Positions 13,301 through 25,800 of a stretch of 64,000 nt of DNA are shown here, piece after piece. The position numbers and the translations under genes were made by a program. The notes below the pieces were generated by a model that ran no database searches, was not told the origin of the DNA, and worked only from the letters and a program-made list of their open reading frames with translations. This stretch comes from Eledone cirrhosa. Its lineage: Eukaryota. The stretch covers positions 128,402,001-128,466,000 of the forward strand of contig OZ024744.1 of NCBI GenBank assembly GCA_964016885.1. Direction: 5' to 3'. The stretch's first letter is position 1, and the number at the start of each line of letters is the position of its first letter.

Positions 13301-16300
13301 AAGTTGGGGTTAAGTTAAGTTGGGGTTAAGTTAAGTTGGGGGTAAGTTAAGTTGGGTGTAAGTTAAGTTGGGGTTAAGTTAAGTTGGGGTTCAGTTCAGT
13401 TGGGGTTAAGTTAAGTTGGGGTTAAGTTAAGTTGGGGTTAAGTTAAGTTGGGGTTCAGTTAAGTTGGGGTTGAGTTAAGTTGGGGTTTAATTAAGTTGGG
13501 GTTGAGTTAAGTTGGGGTTGAGTTAAGTTGGGGTTGAGTTAAGTTGGGGTTGAGTTAAGTTGGGGTTGAGTTAAGTTGGGGTTAACTTAAGATGGGGGTT
13601 AAGTTACGTTGGGGTTAAGTTAAGTTGGGGTAAAGTTAAGTTGGGGTTAATATAAGTTGAGGTTAAGTTAACTTGGGGTTAAGTTAAGTTGGATTTAAGT
13701 TAAGTTGGGGTTGAGTTAAGTTGGGGTTACGTTAAGTTGGGGTTAACTTAAGTTAGGGTTAAGTTAAGTTGGGGTTAAGTTAAGTTGGGGTTAAGTTAAG
13801 TTGGGGTTAAGCTAAGTTGGGGTTAAGTTAAGTTGCGGTTAAGTTAACTTGGGTTTGAGTTAAGTTGGGTTTAAGTTAATTTGTGGTTAAGTTAAGTTAG
13901 GGTTAATTTCAGTTGGGGTTATGTTAAGTTGGGGTTAAGTTAAGTTGGGGTTAAGTTAAAGTTGGGGTTAAGTTAAGTTGGGGTAAAGTTAAGTTAGGGT
14001 TAAGTTAAGTTGGGGTTAAGTTAAGTTGGGGTTAAATTAAGTTGGGGTTAAGTTAAGTTGGGGTTAAGTTAAGTTGGGGTTAAATTAAGTTGGGGTTGAG
14101 TTAAGTTGGGGTTAAATTAAGTTGGGGTTAAGTTAAGTTGGGATTAGTTAAGTTGGGGTTAAGTTAAGTTGGGGTTAAGTTAAGTTGGGGTTAAGTTAAG
14201 TTGGGGTTAAGTTAAGTTGGCGTTAAGTTAAGTTGGGGTTAAGTTAAGTTGGGGTTAAATTAAGTTGGGGTTAAGTTAAGTTGGGGTTAATTTAAGTTGG
14301 GGTTAAGTTAAGTTGGGGTTAAGTTAAGTTGGAGTTAAGTCAAGTTGGGGTTAAGTCAAGTTGGGGTTAAGTCAAGTTTGGGTTAAGTCAAGTTGGGGTT
14401 AAGTTAAGTTGGGGTTAAGTTAAGTTGGGGTTAAGTTAAGTTGGGGGTAAGTTAAGTTGGGTGTAAGTTAAGTTGGGGTTAAGTTAAGTTGGGGTTCAGT
14501 TCAGTTGGGTTTAAGTTAAGTTGGGGTTAAGTTAAGTTGGGGTTAAGTTAAGTTGGGGTTCAGTTAAGTTGGGGTTGAGTTAAGTTGGGGTTAAGATAAG
14601 TTGGGGTTAAGTTAAGTTGGCGTTAATTTCAGTTGGGGTTGAGTTAATTTGGGTTTAAGTTAAGTTGGGCTAAACTTAAGTTGGGGTTAAGTTGGGGTTA
14701 AGTTAAGTTGGGGTTAAGTTAAGTTGGGGGTAAGTTAAGTTGGGGGCAAGTTAAGTTGGGGTTAATTTAAGTTGGGGTTAAGTTAAGTTGGGGTTAAGTT
14801 AAGTTGGGGGTAACTTAAGTTGGGGTTAAGTTAAGTTGGGGTTAAGTTAAGTTGGGGGTAAGTTAAGTTGGGGGTAAGTTAAGTTGGGGTTAAGTTAAGT
14901 TGGGGTTAAATTAAGTTGAGGTTAAGTTAATTTGGGGTTAAGTTAAGTTGGGGTTAAGTTAAGTTGGGGGTAAGATAAGTTGGGGCTAAGTTAAGTTGGG
15001 GCTAAGTCAAGTTGGGGTTAAGTTGGGGTTGAGTTAAGTTGGGGTTAAGTTAAGTTGGGATTAAGTTAAGTTGGGGTTAAGTTAAGTTCGGGTTGAGTTA
15101 AGTTGGGGTTAAGTTAAGTTGGGTTTAATTTAAGTTGGGGTTAAGTTAAGTTGGGGTTAAGATAAGTTGGGGTTAAGTTAAGTTGGGGTTAAGTTAAGTT
15201 GGGGTTAAGTTAAGTTAGGGTTAATTTCAGTTGGGGTTATGTTAAGTTGGGGTTAAGTTAAGTTGGGGTTAAGTTAAGTTGGGGTTAAGTTGGGGTTAAG
15301 TTAACTTGGGGTTAAGTTAAGTTGGGGGTAAGTTAAGTTGGGGGCAAGTTAAGTTGGGGTTAATTTAAGTTGGGGTTAAGTTAACTTGGGGTTATGTTAA
15401 GTTGGGGTTAAGTTAAGTTGGGGTTAAGTTAAGTTGGGGGTAACTTAAGTTGGGGTTAAGTTAAGTTGAGGGTAAGTTAAGTTGAGGGTAAGTTAAATTG
15501 AGGTTAAGTTAAGTTGGGGTTAAGTTAAGTTGGGGGTAAGTTAAGTTGGGGGTAAGTTAAGTTGGGGTTAAGTTAAGATGGGGTTAAATTAAGTTGAGGT
15601 TAAGTTAATTTGGGGTTAAGTTAAGTTGGGGTTAAGTTAAGTTGGGGGTAAGATAAGTTGGGGCTAAGTTAAGTTGGGGCTAAGTCAAGTTGGGGTTAAG
15701 TCAAGTTGAGGTTAACTTAAGTTGGGGTTAAGTTAAGTTGGGGTTAAGTTAAGTTGGGGTTAAGGTAAGTTGGGGTTAAGTTAAGTTGGGGCTAAGTTAA
15801 GTTGGGGCTAAGTTAAGTTGGGGCTGAGTTAAGTTGGGGTTAAGTTGGGGTTCAGTTCAGTTGGGGTTAAGTTAAGTTGGGATTAAGTTAAGTTGGGGTT
15901 AAGTTAAGTTCGGGTTGAGTTAAGTTGGGGTTAAGTTAAGTTGGGGTTAATTTAAGTTGGGGTTAAGTTAAGTTGGGGTTAAGATAAGTTGGGGTTAAGT
16001 TAAGTTGGGGTTAAGTTAAGTTGGGGTTGAGTTAATTTGGGGTTAAGTTAAGTTGGGGTTAACTTAAGTTGGGGTTAAGTTAAGTTGGGGTTAAGTTAAG
16101 TTGGGGGTAAGTTAAGTTGGGGGCAAGTTGAGTTGGGGTTAAGTTAAGTTGGGTTTAAGTTAAGTTGGGGCTAAGTTAAGTTGGGGCTAAGTTAAGTTGG
16201 GGCTGAGTTAAGTTGGGGTTAAGTTAAGTTGGGGTTGAGTTAAGTTGGGGTTAACTTAAGTTGGGGTTAAGTTGGGGTTAAGTTAAGTTGGGGTTAAATT

Positions 16301-19300
16301 AAGTTGGGGGTTAGTTAAGTTGGGGCAAGTTAAGTTGGGGTTAATTTAAGTTGGGGTTAATTTAAGTTGGGGTTATGTTAAGTTGGGGTTAAGTTAAGTT
16401 GGGGTTAAGTTAAGTTGGGGGTAAGTTAAGTTGGGGTTAAGTTAAGTTGGGGGTAAGTTAAGTTGAGGGTAAGTTAAGTTGGGGTTAAGTCAAGTTGGGG
16501 TTAAGTTAAGTTGGGGTTAAGTTAAGTTGGGGTTGAGTTAAGTTGGGGTTGAGTTAAGTTGGGGTTAAGTTAAGTTGGGTGTAAGTTAAGTTGGGGTTAA
16601 GTTAAGTTGGGGTTAAGTTAAGTTGGGGTTAAGTTAAGTTGGGGGTAAGTTAAGTTGGGGGCAAGTTAAGTTGGGGTTAAGTTAAGTTGGGGTTAATTTA
16701 AGTTGGGGTTAAGTTAAGTTGGGGTTAAGTTAAGTTGGGGTTAAGTTAAGTTGGGGTTAAGTTAAGTTGGGGGTGAGTTAAGTTGGGGTTAAGTTAAGTT
16801 GGGGTTAAATTAAGTTGAGGTTAAGTTAAGCTGGGGTTAAGTTAAGTTGGGGTTAAGTTAAGTTCGGGTTAAGTTAAGTTGGGGTTAAGTTAAGTTGGGG
16901 TTAAGTTAAGTTGGGGTTAAGTTAAGTTAGGGTTAATTTCAGTTGGGGTTATGTTAAGTTGGGGTTAAGTTAAGTTGGGGTTAAGTTAAGTTGAGGTTAA
17001 GTTAAGTTGGAGTTAAGTTAAGTTGGGGTTAAGCTAAGTTGGGGTTAAGTTAATTTGCGGTTAAGTTAGGTTGTGGGTTAAGTTAAGTTGGGGTTAAGTT
17101 AAGCTGGGGTTAAGTTAGGGTAAGTTAAGTTGGGGGTAAGTTAAGTTGGGGTTAAGTTAAGTTGGGGTTAAGTTAGGTTGGGGTTAAGTTAAGTTGGGGT
17201 TAAGTTAAGTTGGGGTTGAGTTAAGTTGGGGTTGAGTTAAGTTGGGGTTAAGTTAAGTTGGGGTTAAGTTAAGTTGGGGTTAAGTTAAGTTGGGGTTAAT
17301 TTAAGTTGGGGTTAAGTTAAGTTGTGGGTAAGTTAAGTTGGGGGCAAGTTAAGTTGGGGTTAAGTTAAGTTGGGGTTAAGTTAAGTTGGTGTTAAGTTAA
17401 GTTGGGGTTAAGTTAAGTTGGGGTTAAGTTAAGTTGGGGTTAAGTTAAGTTAGGGTTAATTTCAGTTGGGGTTATGTTAATTTGGGGTTAAGTTAAGTTA
17501 GGGTTAAGTTAAAGTTGGGGTTAAGTTAAGTTGGGGTAAAGTTAAGTTAGGGTTAAGTTAAGTTGGGGTTAAGTTAAGTTGGGGTTAAATTAAGTTGGGG
17601 TTCAGTTAAGTTGGGGTTAAATTAAGTTGGGGTTAAGTTAAGTTGGGGTTAGTTAAGTTGGGGTTAAGTTAAGTTGGGGTTAAGTTAAGTTGGGGTTAAG
17701 TTAAGTTGGGGTTAAGTTAAGTTGGCGTTAAGTTAAGTTGGGGTTAAGTTAAGTTGGGGTTAAGTTAAGTTGGGGTTAATTTAAGTTGGGGTTAAGTTAA
17801 GTTGGGGTTAAGTTAAGTTGGAGTTAAGTCAAGTTGGGGTTAAGTCAAGTTGGGGTTAAGTCAAGTTGGGGTTAAGTCAAGTTGGGGTTAAGTTAAGTTG
17901 GGGTTAAGTTAAGTTGGGGTTAAGTTAAGTTGGGGTTAAGTTAAGTTGGAGTTAAGTTAACTTGGAGTTAAGTTAAGTTGGGGTTAAGCTAAGTTGGGGT
18001 TCAGTTAAGTTGGGGTTAAGTTAATTTGGGGCTGAGTTAAGTTGGGGTTAAGTTAAGTTCGGGTTGAGTTAAGTTGGGGTTAAGTTAAGTTGGGGTTAAG
18101 TTAAGTTGGGGTTAAGTTAAGTTGGGGTTAAGATAAGTTGGGGTTAAGTTAAGTTGGCGTTAATTTCAGTTGGGGTTGAGTTAATTTGGGTTTAAGTTAA
18201 GTTGGGCTAAACTTAAGTTGGGGTTAAGTTGGGGTTAAGTTAAGTTGGGGTTAAGTTAAGTTGGGGGTAAGTTAAGTTGGGGGCAAGTTAAGTTGGGGTT
18301 AATTTAAGTTGGGGTTAAGTTAAGTTGGGGTTAAGTTAAGTTGGGGGTAACTTAAGTTGGGGTTAAGTTAAGTTGGGGTTAAGTTAAGTTGGGGGTAAGT
18401 TAAGTTGGGGGTAAGTTAAGTTGGGGTTAAGTTAAGTTGGGGTTAAATTAAGTTGAGGTTAAGTTAATTTGGGGCTAAGTTAAGTTGGGGTTAAGTTAAG
18501 TTGGGGGTAAGATAAGTTGGGGCTAAGTTAAGTTGGGGCTAAGTCAAGTTGGGGTTAAGTTGGGGTTGAGTTAAGTTGGGGTTAAGTTAAGTTGGGATTA
18601 AGTTAAGTTGGGGTTAAGTTAAGTTCGGGTTGAGTTAAGTTGGGGTTAAGTTAAGTTGGGTTTAATTTAAGTTGGGGTTAAGTTAAGTTGGGGTTAAGAT
18701 AAGTTGGGGTTAAGTTAAGTTGGGGTTAAGTTAAGTTGGGGTTGAGTTAATTTGGGGTTAAGTTAAGTTGGGCTTAACTTAAGTTGGGGTTAAGTTAAGT
18801 TGGGGTTAAGTTAAGTTGGGGGTAAGTTAAGTTGGGGGCAAGTTGAGTTGGGGTTAAGTTAAGTTGGGGTTAAGTTAAGGTGGGGGTAAGTTAAGTTGGG
18901 GGTAAGTTAAGTTGGGGTTAAGTTAAGTTGGGTTTAAGTTAAGTTGGGGCTAAGTTAAGTTGGGGCTGAGTTAAGTTGGGGTTAAGTTAAGTTGGGGTTG
19001 AGTTAAGTTGGGGTTAACTTAAGTTGGGGTTAAGTTGGGGTTAAGTTAAGTTGGGGTTAAATTAAGTTGGGAGTTAGTTAAGTTGGGGCAAGTTAAGTTG
19101 GGGTTAATTTAAGTTGGGGTTAAGTTAAGTTGGGGTTAAGTTAAGTTGGGGGTAAGTTAAGTTGGGGTTAAGTTAAGTTGGGGGTAAGTTAAGTTGAGGG
19201 TAAGTTAAGTTGGGGTTAAGTTAAGTTGGGGTTAAATTAAGTTGGGGGTAAGTTAAGTTGGGGGTAAGTTAAGTTGGGGTTAAGTTAAGTTGGGGTTAAG

Positions 19301-22290
19301 TTAAGTTGGGGTTAAATTAAGTTGAGGTTAAGTTAAGTTGGGGTTAAGTTAAGTTGGGCGTAAGATAAGTTGGGGGTAAGATAAGTTGGGGCTAAGTTAA
19401 GTTGGGGCTAAGTCAAGTTGGGGTTAATTCAAGTTGAGGTTAACTTAAGTTGGGGTTAAGTTAAGTTGGGGTTAAGGTAAGTTGGGGTTAAGGTAAGTTG
19501 GGGTTATGTTAAGTTGGGGCTAAGTTAAGTTGGGGCTAAGTTAAGTTGGGGCTGAGTTAAGTTGGGGTTAAGTTAAGTTGGGGTTGATTTAAGTTGGGGT
19601 TAAGTTAAGTTGGGATTAAGTTAAGTTGGGGTTAAGTTAAGTTGGGGTTAATTTAAGTTGGGGTTAAGTTAAGTTGGGGTTAAGATAAGTTGGGGTTAAG
19701 TTAAGTTGGGGTTAAGTTAAGTTGGGGTTGAGTTAATTTGGGGTTAAGTTAAGTTGGGGTTAAGTTAAGTTGGGGGTAGGTTAAGTTGGGGGCAAGTTAA
19801 GTTGGGGTTAAGTTAAGTTGGGGTTAAGTTAAGTTGGGGGTAAGTTAAGTCGGGGTTAAGTTAACTTGGGGTTAAGTTAAGTTGGGTTTAAGTTAAGTTG
19901 GGGCTGAGTTAAGTTGGGGGTAAGTTAAGTTGGGTGTAAGTTAAGTTGGGGTTAAGTTAAGTTGGGGTTCAGTTCAGTTGGGGTTAAGTTAAGTTGGGGT
20001 TGAGTTAAGTTGGGGTTGAGTTAATTTGGGGTTAAGTTAAGTTGGGGTTAAGTTAAGTTGGGGGTAGGTTAAGTTGGGGGCAAGTTAAGTTGGGGCTGAG
20101 TTAAGTTGGGGGTAAGTTAAGTTGGGTGTAAGTTAAGTTGGGGTTAAGTTAAGTTGGGGTTCAGTTCAGTTGGGGTTAAGTTAAGTTGGGGTTAAGTTAA
20201 GCTGGGGTTAAGTTAAGTTGGGGTTAAGTTAAGTTCGGGTTAAGTTAAGTTGGGGTTAAGTTAAGTTGGGGTTGAGTTAAGTTGGGGTTGAGTTAAGTTA
20301 GGGTTAATTTGAGTTGGGGTTATGTTAAGTTGGGGTTAAGTTAAGTTGGGGTTAAGTTAAAGTTGGGGTTAAGTTAAGTTGGGGTTAAGTTAAGTTGGGG
20401 TTAAGTTAAGTTGGGGTTAAGTTAAGTTGGGGTTAAGTTAAGTTGGGGTTAAGTTAAGTTGGGGTTGAGTTAAGTTGGGGTTGAGTTAAGTTGGGGCTAA
20501 GTTAATTTGTGGTTAAGTTAAGTTGGGGTTAAGTTAAGTTGGGGTTAAGTTAAGTTAGGGTTAATTTCAGTTGGGGTTATGTTAAGTTGGGGTTAAGTTA
20601 AGTTGGGGTTAAGTTAAAGTTGGGGTTAAGTTAAGTTGGGGTTAAGTTAAGTTGGGGTTAAGTTAAGTTGGGGTTAAATTAAGTTGGGGTTGAGTTAAGT
20701 TGGGGTTAAATTAAGTTGGGGTTAAGTTAAGTTGGGATTAGTTAAGTTGGGGTTAAGTTAAGTTGGGGTTAAGTTAAGTTGGGGTTAAGTTAAGTTGGGG
20801 TTAAGTTAAGTTGGCGTTAAGTTAAGTTGGGGTTAAGTTAAGTTGGGGTTAAATTAAGTTGGGGTTAAGTTAAGTTGGGGTTAATTTAAGTTGGGGTTAA
20901 GTTAAGTTGGGGTTAAGTTAAGTTGGAGTTAAGTCAAGTTGGGGTTAAGTCAAGTTGGGGTTAAGTCAAGTTGGGGTTAAGTCAAGTTGGGGTTAAGTTA
21001 AGTTGGGGTTAAGTTAAGTTGGGGTTAAGTTAAGTTGGGGGTAAGTTAAGTTGGGTGTAAGTTAAGTTGGGGTTAAGTTAAGTTGGGGTTCAGTTCAGTT
21101 GGGGTTAAGTTAAGTTGGGGTTAAGTTAAGTTGGGGTTAAGTTAAGTTGGGGTTCAGTTAAGTTGGGGTTGAGTTAAGTTGGGGTTTAATTAAGTTGGGG
21201 TTGAGTTAAGTTGGGGTTGAGTTAAGTTGGGGTTGAGTTAAGTTGGGGTTGAGTTAAGTTGGGGTTGAGTTAAGTTGGGGTTAACTTAAGATGGGGGTTA
21301 AGTTACGTTGGGGTTAAGTTAAGTTGGGGTAAAGTTAAGTTGGGGTTAATATAAGTTGAGGTTAAGTTAACTTGGGGTTAAGTTAAGTTGGATTTAAGTT
21401 AAGTTGGGGTTGAGTTAAGTTGGGGTTACGTTAAGTTGGGGTTAACTTAAGTTGGGGTTAAGTTAAGTTGGGGTTAAGTTAAGTTGGGGTTAAGTTAAGT
21501 TGGGGTTAAGCTAAGTTGGGGTTAAGTTAAGTTGCGGTTAAGTTAACTTGGGTTTGAGTTAAGTTGGGTTTAAGTTAATTTGTGGTTAAGTTAAGTTAGG
21601 GTTAATTTCAGTTGGGGTTATGTTAAGTTGGGGTTAAGTTAAGTTGGGGTTAAGTTAAAGTTGGGGTTAAGTTAAGTTGGGGTAAAGTTAAGTTAGGGTT
21701 AAGTTAAGTTGGGGTTAAGTTAAGTTGGGGTTAAATTAAGTTGGGGTTAAGTTAAGTTGGGGTTAAGTTAAGTTGGGGTTAAATTAAGTTGGGGTTGAGT
21801 TAAGTTGGGGTTAAATTAAGTTGGGGTTAAGTTAAGTTGGGATTAGTTAAGTTGGGGTTAAGTTAAGTTGGGGTTAAGTTAAGTTGGGGTTAAGTTAAGT
21901 TGGGGTTAAGTTAAGTTGGCGTTAAGTTAAGTTGGGGTTAAGTTAAGTTGGGGTTAAATTAAGTTGGGGTTAAGTTAAGTTGGGGTTAATTTAAGTTGGG
22001 GTTAAGTTAAGTTGGGGTTAAGTTAAGTTGGAGTTAAGTCAAGTTGGGGTTAAGTCAAGTTGGGGTTAAGTCAAGTTTGGGTTAAGTCAAGTTGGGGTTA
22101 AGTTAAGTTGGGGTTAAGTTAAGTTGGGGTTAAGTTAAGTTGGGGGTAAGTTAAGTTGGGTGTAAGTTAAGTTGGGGTTAAGTTAAGTTGGGGTTCAGTT
22201 CAGTTGGGTTTAAGTTAAGTTGGGGTTAAGTTAAGTTGGGGTTAAGTTAAGTTGGGGTTCAGTTAAGTTGGGGTTGAGTTAAGTTGGGGT
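6890..22290 (+). repeat. Higher-order tandem duplication with 7,699-bp period (~6.89-14.59 kb and ~14.59-22.29 kb)
   Basis: Independent markers share the offset 7,699: 6971/14670, 9356/17055, 10247/17946, 10508/18207, and GATGGGGGTTAAGTTACG at 13591/21290. Confidence 0.92.
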
Positions 22291-22899
22291 TTAATTAAGT
22301 TGGGGTTGAGTTAAGTTGGGGTTGAGTTAAGTTGGGGTTGAGTTAAGTTGGGGTTGAGTTAAGTTGGGGTTAAGTTAAGTTGCGGTTAAGTTAAGTTGGG
22401 GTTAAGTTAAGTTGGGTTTAAGTTAAGTTGGAGTTCAGTTAAGTTGGGGTTAAGTTAAGTTGGGGTTAAGTTAAGTTGGGGTTAAGTTAAGTTGGGGTTG
22501 AGTTAAGTTGGGGTTTAATTAAGTTGGGGTTGAGTTAAGTTGGGGTTGAGTTAAGTCGGGGTTGAGTTAAGTTGGGGTTGAGTTAAGTTGGGGTTAAGTT
22601 AAGTTGGGGTTAAGTTAAGATGGATTTAAGTTAAGTTGGGGTTAAGTTAAGTTGGGGTTAAGTTAAGTTGGGGTAAATTTAAGTTGGGGTTAAGTTAAGT
22701 TGATGTTAAGTTAACTTGGGGTTAAGTTAAGTTGGGGTTAAGTTAAGTTGGGGTAGAGTTAAATTGAGGTTAAGTTAACTTTGGTTTCAGTTAAGTTGGG
22801 GTTAAGTTAAGTTGGGGTTAAGTTAAGTTGGGGTTAATTTAAGTTGGGGTTAAATTAAGTTGGGGTTAAGTTAAGTTGGGGTTAAGTTAAGTTGGGGTT

Positions 22900-25800
22900 A
22901 AGTTAAGTTGGGGTTAAGGTAAGTTGGGGTTAAGTTAAGTTGGGGTTAAGTTCAGTTGGGGTTAAGTTAAGTTGGGGTTGAGTTAAGTTGGGGTTTAATT
23001 AAGTTGGGGTTGAGTTAAGTTGGGGTTGAGTTAAGTTGGGGTTGAGTTAAGTTGGGGTTGAGTTAAGTTGGGGTTAAGTTAAGTTGGGGTTAAATTAAGA
23101 TGGATTTAAGTTAAGTTGGGGTTAAGTTAAGTTGGGGTTAAGTTAAGTTGGGGTAAAGTTAAGTTGGGGTTAAGTTAAGTTGAGGTTAAATTAACTTGGG
23201 GTTAAGTTAAGTTGGGGTTAAGTTAAGTTGGGGTTGAGTTAAGTTGGGGTTGAGTTAAGTTGGGGTTAAGTTAAGTTGAGGTTAACTTAAGTTGGGGTTA
23301 AGTTAAGTTTGGGTTAATTTAAGTTGGGGTTAAGTTAAGTTGGGGTTAAGCTAAGTTGGGGTTTATTTAAATTGAGGTTAAGTTAACTTGGGTTTGAGTT
23401 AAGTTGGGGTTAAGTTAAGTTGGGGTTAAGTTAAGTTGAGGTTAAGTTAAGTTGGGGTTAAGTTAAGTTGGGGTTAAGTTAAGTTGGGGTTAATTTAAGT
23501 TGGGGGTAAGTTAAGTTGGGGGCAAGTTAAGTTGGGGTTAAGTTAAGTTGGGGTTAAGTTAAGTTGCGGTTAAGTTAAGTTGGGGTTAAGTTAAGTTGGG
23601 GTTAAGTTAAGTTGGGGTTCATTTAAGTTGGGGTTAAATTAAGTTGGGGTTAAGTTAAGTTGGGGTTAAGTTAAGTTGGGGTTATGTTAAGTTGGGGTTA
23701 AGTTAAGTTGGGGTTAAGTTAGGTTTGGGTTAAGTTAAGTTGGGGTCAAGTTAAGTTGGGGTTAAGTTAAGTTGGGCTTAAGTTAAGTTGGGGTTAAGTT
23801 AAGTTGGGGTTAAGTTAAGTTGGGGTTAAGTTAAGTTGGGGTTAAGTTAAGTCGGGGTTAAGTTAAGTTGGGGTTAAGTTAAGTTGGGGTTAAGCTAAGT
23901 TGGGGTTAAGTTAAATTGAGGTTAATTTAACTCGGGTTTGAGTTAAGTTGGGGTTAAGTTAAGTTGGGGTTAAGTTAAGTTGGGGTTAATTTAAGATGGG
24001 GTTAAATTAAGTTGGGGTTAAGTTAAGTTGGGGTTAAGTTAAGTTGAGGTTGAGTTAAGTTGGGGTTGAGTTAAGTTGGGGTTAAGTTAAGTTGGGGTTA
24101 AGTTAAGATGGGGTTAAGCTAAGTTGGGGTTAAGTTAAATTGAGGTTAAGTTAACTTGGGTTTGAGTTAAGTTGGGGTTAAGTTAAGTTGGGGTTAAGTT
24201 AAGTTGGGGTTAATTTAAGTTGGGGTTAAATTAAGTTGGGGTTAAGTTAAGTTGGGGTTAAGTTAAGTTGGGGTTAAGTTAAGTTGGGGTTAAGTTAAGT
24301 TGGGGTTGAGTTAAGTTGAGGTTAAGTTAAGTCGGGGTTAAGTTAAGTTGAGGTTGAGTTAAGTTGGGGTTGAGTTAAGTTGGGGTTAAGTTAAGTTGGG
24401 GTTAAGTTAAGATGGATTTAAGTTAAGTTGGGGTAAAGTTAAGTTTGGGTTAATTTAAGTTGGGGTTAAGTTAAGTTGGGGTTGAGTTAAGTTGGGGTTG
24501 AGTTAAGTTGGGGTTAAGTTAAGTTGAGGTTAACTTAAGTTGGGGTTAAGTTAAGTTTGGGTTAATTTAAGTTGGGGTTAAGTTAAGTTGGGGTTAAGCT
24601 AAGTTGGGGTTTATTTAAATTGAGGTTAAGTTAACTTGGGTTTGAGTTAAGTTGGGGTTAAGTTAAGTTGGGGTTAAGTTAAGTTGGGGTTAAGTTAAGT
24701 CGGGGTTAAGTTAAGTTGAGGTTGAGTTAAGTTGGGGTTGAGTTAAGTTGGGGTTAAGTTAAGTTGGGGTTAAGTTAAGATGGATTTAAGTTAAGTTGGG
24801 GTCTAGTTAAGTTGGGGTTAAGTTAAGTTGGGGTAAAGTTAAGTTGGGGTTAATTTAAGTTGAGGTTAAGTTAACTTGGGGTTAAGTTAAGTTGGCGTTA
24901 AGTTAAGTTGGGGTTGAGTTAAGTTGGGGTTAAGTTAAGTTGGGGTTAACTTAAGTTGGGGTTAAGTTAAGTTGGGGTTGAGTTAAGTTTGGGTTAAGTT
25001 AAGTTGGGGTTAAGCTAAGTTGGGGTTAAGTTAAATTGAGGTTAAGTTAAGTTGGGGTTGAGTTAAGTTGGGGTTAAGTTAAGTTGGGGTTGAGTTAAGT
25101 TGAGGTTAAGTTAAGTTGGGGTTAAGTTAAGTTGGGGTTAAGTTAAGTTGGGGTTCAGTTAAGTTGGGGTTAAGTTAAGTTGGGGTTAAGTTAAGTTGGG
25201 GTTAAGTTAAGTTGGGGTTGAGTTAAGTTGGCGTTTAATTAAGTTGGGGTTGAGTTAAGTTGGGGTTGAGTTAAGTTGGGGTTGAGTTAAGTTGGGGTTA
25301 AGTTAAGATGGATTTAAGTTAAGTTGGGGTTAAATTAAGTTGGGGTTAAGTTAAGTTGGGGTAAAGTTAAGTTGGGGTTAAGTTAAGTTGATGTTAAGTT
25401 AACTTGGGGTTAAGTTAAGTTCGGGTTAAGTTAAGTTGGGGTAGAGTTAAATTGAGGTTAAGTTAACTTTGGTTTCAGTTAAGTTGGGGTTAAGTTAAGT
25501 TGGGGTTAAGTTAAGTTGGGGTTAATTTAAGTTGGGGTTAAATTAAGTTGGAGTTAAGCTAAGTTGGGGTTTATTTAAATTGAGGTTAAGTTAACTTGGG
25601 TTTGAGTTAAGTTGGGGTTAAGTTAAGTTGGGGTTAAGTTAACTTGGGTTTGAGTTAAGTTGGGGTTAAGTTAAGTTGGGGTTAAGTTAAGTTGGGGTTA
25701 ATTTAAGTTGGGGTTAAATTAAGTTGGGGTTAAGTTAAGTTGGGGTTAAGTTAAGTTGAGGTTGAGTTAAGTTGGGGTTGAATTAAGTTGGGGTTAAGTT

